From contig JANKJI020000004.1 of NCBI GenBank assembly GCA_024626585.2, forward strand, positions 180,244,316-180,266,994: a DNA stretch of 22,679 bases, written 5' to 3'. Shown here piece by piece: positions 21,554 to 22,679 of the stretch. The position numbers and the translations under genes are program-made. The notes below the pieces were generated by a model. That model worked only from the letters and a program-made list of their open reading frames with translations, searched no databases and had not been told where the DNA came from. The stretch comes from Ginkgo biloba. Its lineage: Eukaryota > Plantae > Ginkgophyta. Position 1 is the first letter of the stretch. Each line of letters begins with the position of its first letter.

Positions 21554-22679
21554 CTCCCCCTTAATGTTTACATTTTTCTTGATACCTATCCCATCTCTGA
21601 AGTTCTGGAATTTGTCTCGAGCCAGAGGTTTAGTGAAGATGTCAGCAATCTACTCTTCAATCGGTCTACACACAAGTTCAATCTCCCCATTCTATATCAT
21701 CCCTCTGATGAAATGATGATGGNNNNNNNNNNNNNNNNNNNNNNNNNNNNNNNNNNNNNNNNNNNNNNNNNNNNNNNNNNNNNNNNNNNNNNNCTAATTA
21801 TCACAGTACAACGTCAATACTTCCTATTGATGGAGACCCATATCACCAAGAATTTGTCTTAGCCAAATGGCCTCTAATGCAATTGCAACTACAGCTTGGT
21901 ACTCTGCTTCTGTCGAGGAAAGGGCAATAGTTGGTTTCTTCTTACTGCTCCATGTAACTGCAGTTGACCCCAAACTAAAACACTAACTAGAAGTGGATCG
22001 TCTNNNNNNNNNNNNNNNNATCTGAATCTTTGTATCCCTCCAACTTGAAGTTGTCATTCTAGACGAACTCAAGTCCAAATTGCAGTGTTCCTCACAAATA
22101 TCTCAAAATCCACTTCACAGCTAACCAATGGCTTTGCTTCAGATTTGCCATAAATTTAGAAACAATCTCAACTGCAAAAACTATGTTTGGCCTAGTTGTA
22201 GTTAGATAAATCAAACTTCCAACTAGCTCCCTATATACTTTGCCATCAATCTATAATCCATCATCCTAAGCTAATAATTTCGTTCCTGTGTCCATGGGGA
22301 TCTGTGCAGGCTTGCAATCCATTTTGAATCTCCTCAAAATCTCCCAAATATATTTTGCCTGCAACATGACGATCTTCCCAAGCTTCTACCACACTTCCAC
22401 TCTAAGGAAGTAAAGAAGTAAGCCAAGATCCGTCATCTCAAAACTCATCTACAGATCTCTCTTCAGGTCCGATATCATTGTGGTATTGTTACTTGTGATC
22501 AACAAATCATCTACATACAATACCACAAAGGGTATAGACTTACTGTCACGAAGCTTTATGTACAAATTTGAATCTGTTGGAGATCTCTCAAATCCAATCT
22601 TAAGGAAGTACCTGTCAACCTTCTCATACCAGGCTCTCAAAGCTTGCTTCAATCCATACATAACCTTCTTCAATCGACA
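21548..22679 (-). pseudogene. Copia pol pseudogene (reverse transcriptase RVT_2 + RNase H)
   Basis: LKKVMYGLKQALRAWY, LYVDDLLI, FEMTDLGLLLYFLRVEV, WSSKKQPTIALSSTEAEY, IADIFTKPLARDKF. Several in-frame stops. The frame runs through the PPT to a TAG at 21550-21548. Confidence 0.95.
21554..21562 (-). other. Polypurine tract (PPT) AAGGGGGAG
   Basis: Lies between the RNase H end and the LTR start; canonical copia PPT. Confidence 0.85.

Larger units (their letters stand above)
21229..22679 (-). mobile_element. Ty1/copia LTR retrotransposon, 3' portion (continues beyond window end)
   Basis: RT, RNase H, PPT and 3' LTR occur in canonical copia order on the minus strand. Confidence 0.95.

Noticed and set aside
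21548-21562. Copia pol frame reading through the PPT into the LTR
   Set aside because: Common in copia elements; not unusual.

Overview
This is AT-rich eukaryotic (land-plant) nuclear DNA from a fragmented scaffold with many N gaps, seven of them exactly 100 N. It is not a prokaryotic locus. The TE density, old intact LTR pairs and very long putative intron suggest a large-genome plant such as a gymnosperm, but this is inference. The only recognisable host-gene piece is one intact terminal exon on the minus strand (4968-5112) of a cinnamoyl-CoA reductase-like / NAD(P)-binding Rossmann-fold (SDR) gene. No upstream exon is visible in the remaining ~17.5 kb, so most of the window is probably one giant intron. 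It is filled with decayed retroelements: Ty3/gypsy gag, RNase H and integrase remnants; a TSD-flanked gypsy element (7861-10046) inserted into an 85-bp tandem duplication; probable LTRs (12734-13602, 13786-14720); L1-type and RTE/RTEX-type LINE fragments; a hierarchical repeat block; and the 3' end of a Ty1/copia element (RT-RNase H-PPT-3'LTR, 21229-22679) with a related LTR at 824. I found no convincing novel multi-gene system. The most interesting signals are a spaced array of DRE/CRT-core repeats inside an LTR in the sense orientation of the host intron, an integrase remnant only 63 nt past the host stop codon, and an LTR insertion whose empty site is preserved in the adjacent duplicate. 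All protein-family calls come from manual translation and recalled motifs, not database searches.
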